Shown one piece after another: positions 63,012 through 64,000 of a stretch of 64,000 bases of DNA; within the stretch, counting starts at the first letter, position 1, and each line of letters starts with the position of its first letter. The position numbers and the translations under genes were made by a program. The stretch is from Vitreimonas sp. (lineage in GTDB: Bacteria; Pseudomonadota; Alphaproteobacteria; Caulobacterales; Aquidulcibacteraceae). The stretch covers positions 1,538 to 65,537 of the forward strand of contig JBAQGO010000114.1 in the NCBI GenBank assembly GCA_049287825.1, read 5' to 3'. Under the pieces are notes generated by a model, which was given only the letters and a program-made list of their open reading frames with translations, was not told the DNA's origin and did not search any database.

Positions 63012-64000
63012 ATGTATCGGCGGGCGATCATAACAGGGCTTGTGGCGCTGGCCCCGACCATCGTGTTTGCGGCGATGGTCGGGGCCGCCCGATTTCAGGA
63101 AGAACGGGCGGACAGGGAGGCCGCCGCGCTCGCCACCGCGCGTGAAGTGAACGCACACGTAGACGGCGAACTCGACGCGGCCCTCGGCGCTCTTTCTGTA
63201 TTGGCGACCTCCACGGGTTTCCTGCAGCGCGATTGGACGCGCGCTCGCGTGCGGGCCGAGGGGGTCATGAACCGGAATCCGGATTGGCGCGACGTATATC
63301 TCACGGACGCTTTAGCGCGGCGAGAGATATGGTCGGCATCCGAGAGACGAAGCGCCCGATCGGCTCGCCCTGATGCCCAAGCCTATATCGATGCGCTCGC
63401 CCCCGGCCAACGCGTCGGCAATGTCGGTGGAATTGCGCCGGGATGCCCATGCGTAGTTCTGCATCAACCGATCATGGAAGGCGATCGGCTTCGTTACGTT
63501 CTGAGCGTCGAGTTCGGCGTCGATCGCATGCAGGCCTGGCTCGACCGCGCCGTGCAAACCCCGAACGTCGGGGGCATCGTCGACCGCCGCGGTCACTTCA
63601 TTGCCAGAACCGTAAGCCCCCGAGCACGGCTGGGAGAACCGGGCTCGACGTATCTTCGCGCGGCCATCGCAAACGCGCCGTCGGGCGTTTACGAAGGCAC
63701 CACGCTTGAAGGCCTGCGCAACCGAACCGCCTACGAGACATCCGCGCTCTCTGGATTTTCCACGCATGTTGCGGTGCCGCGCAGCGGTCTGAGCTTGTTG
63801 GGCGCGGGGTCCCTTGGCTTGCAGGTGCTGGCCGTTCTGCTTGCACTGGCGGCTGCGGTCGCTGGAGCGCTCTATGTGCTGCGCGAGCAAGAGCGCTGGC
63901 GATCTGAGGAGCGCCGCCGCGCTCAATCCGAAAAGCTTGCAGCGACAGGCATGATGAATCGGGTCGGCGAGGCGGTGCGCGCCGAACGCGATCTCGACGA
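63012..64000 (+). CDS. membrane sensor protein (probable sensor kinase), 3' end outside window
   Basis: Not in the ORF track because it has no stop. I translated it by hand from ATG 63012 and it stays open to 64000. TM1 (IITGLVALAPTIVFAAMVGAA), about 250 aa periplasmic, TM2 (LGLQVLAVLLALAAAVAGALYVL), then NRVGEAVRAERDLD, typical of a GAF-domain start. Antisense ORF 63312..63926 is rejected. Confidence 0.6.
   Translation, partial: MYRRAIITGLVALAPTIVFAAMVGAARFQEERADREAAALATAREVNAHVDGELDAALGALSVLATSTGFLQRDWTRARVRAEGVMNRNPDWRDVYLTDALARREIWSASERRSARSARPDAQAYIDALAPGQRVGNVGGIAPGCPCVVLHQPIMEGDRLRYVLSVEFGVDRMQAWLDRAVQTPNVGGIVDRRGHFIARTVSPRARLGEPGSTYLRAAIANAPSGVYEGTTLEGLRNRTAYETSALSGFSTHVAVPRSGLSLLGAGSLGLQVLAVLLALAAAVAGALYVLREQERWRSEERRRAQSEKLAATGMMNRVGEAVRAERDLD

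Noticed and set aside
1-64000. Scan for CRISPR arrays, rRNA genes, IS elements, transposases, integrases, toxin-antitoxin pairs and known defence-system signatures.
   Set aside because: By eye I saw no regularly spaced repeats other than the 11-bp triplet. I saw no transposase or integrase motifs, and no nuclease/ATPase/methylase combinations apart from the isolated HNH ORF. Absence is by visual inspection only and should be confirmed with dedicated tools.

Overview
High-GC bacterial chromosomal segment, most likely alphaproteobacterial. That placement is an inference from HWE/HisKA_2-type kinases, PFxF(A/S/M)(T/S)GY 'FAT GUY' receivers and GGAAC-N16/17-CGTT promoters. Both strands are densely coded and signal transduction dominates. 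There are 10 complete sensor histidine kinases (two carry two full kinase cores) plus one probable sensor cut by the window end. There are also 4 single-domain receivers, a LuxR-type response regulator, REC-GGDEF-EAL and MHYT-GGDEF-EAL enzymes, a degenerate GGDEF/EAL-like protein and an HD-GYP-like/LuxR fusion. Two ECF sigma loci are intact and one is decayed. Stress and housekeeping genes are interspersed: ClC channel, NhaP-type antiporter, ornithine-decarboxylase-like enzyme, SDR, DUF2171-like protein and a small basic stress protein. One tRNA-Met(CAT) is followed by a small HNH-containing islet. The most unusual unit lies at 54.5-57.8 kb. An MHYT membrane sensor is fused to an HPt plus CheA-type kinase core without a CheW-like domain, and it is translationally coupled to a CheX-like protein and a CheY-like receiver. 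Divergent from it sits a degenerate GGDEF/EAL-like gene coupled to a FlaG-like gene, and beyond that a second MHYT protein. Other notable units: an RsbQ-like hydrolase start/stop-overlapped with a PAS hybrid kinase; an ECF sigma/anti-sigma/S8 protease/low-complexity secreted protein module; a wHTH plus two tandem 88-aa membrane paralogs; two paralogous small ORFs; a triple 11-bp tandem repeat; and an orphan intrinsic terminator in an operon leader. Several genes are broken (ClC, ECF sigma, PLP decarboxylase, PQQ-dehydrogenase remnant, possibly an outer-membrane protein). Three of these breaks sit in homopolymers and could be assembly errors. No rRNA, CRISPR array, transposase or integrase was recognised. 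All domain calls come from reading the translated ORFs by eye and none was verified by a database search.
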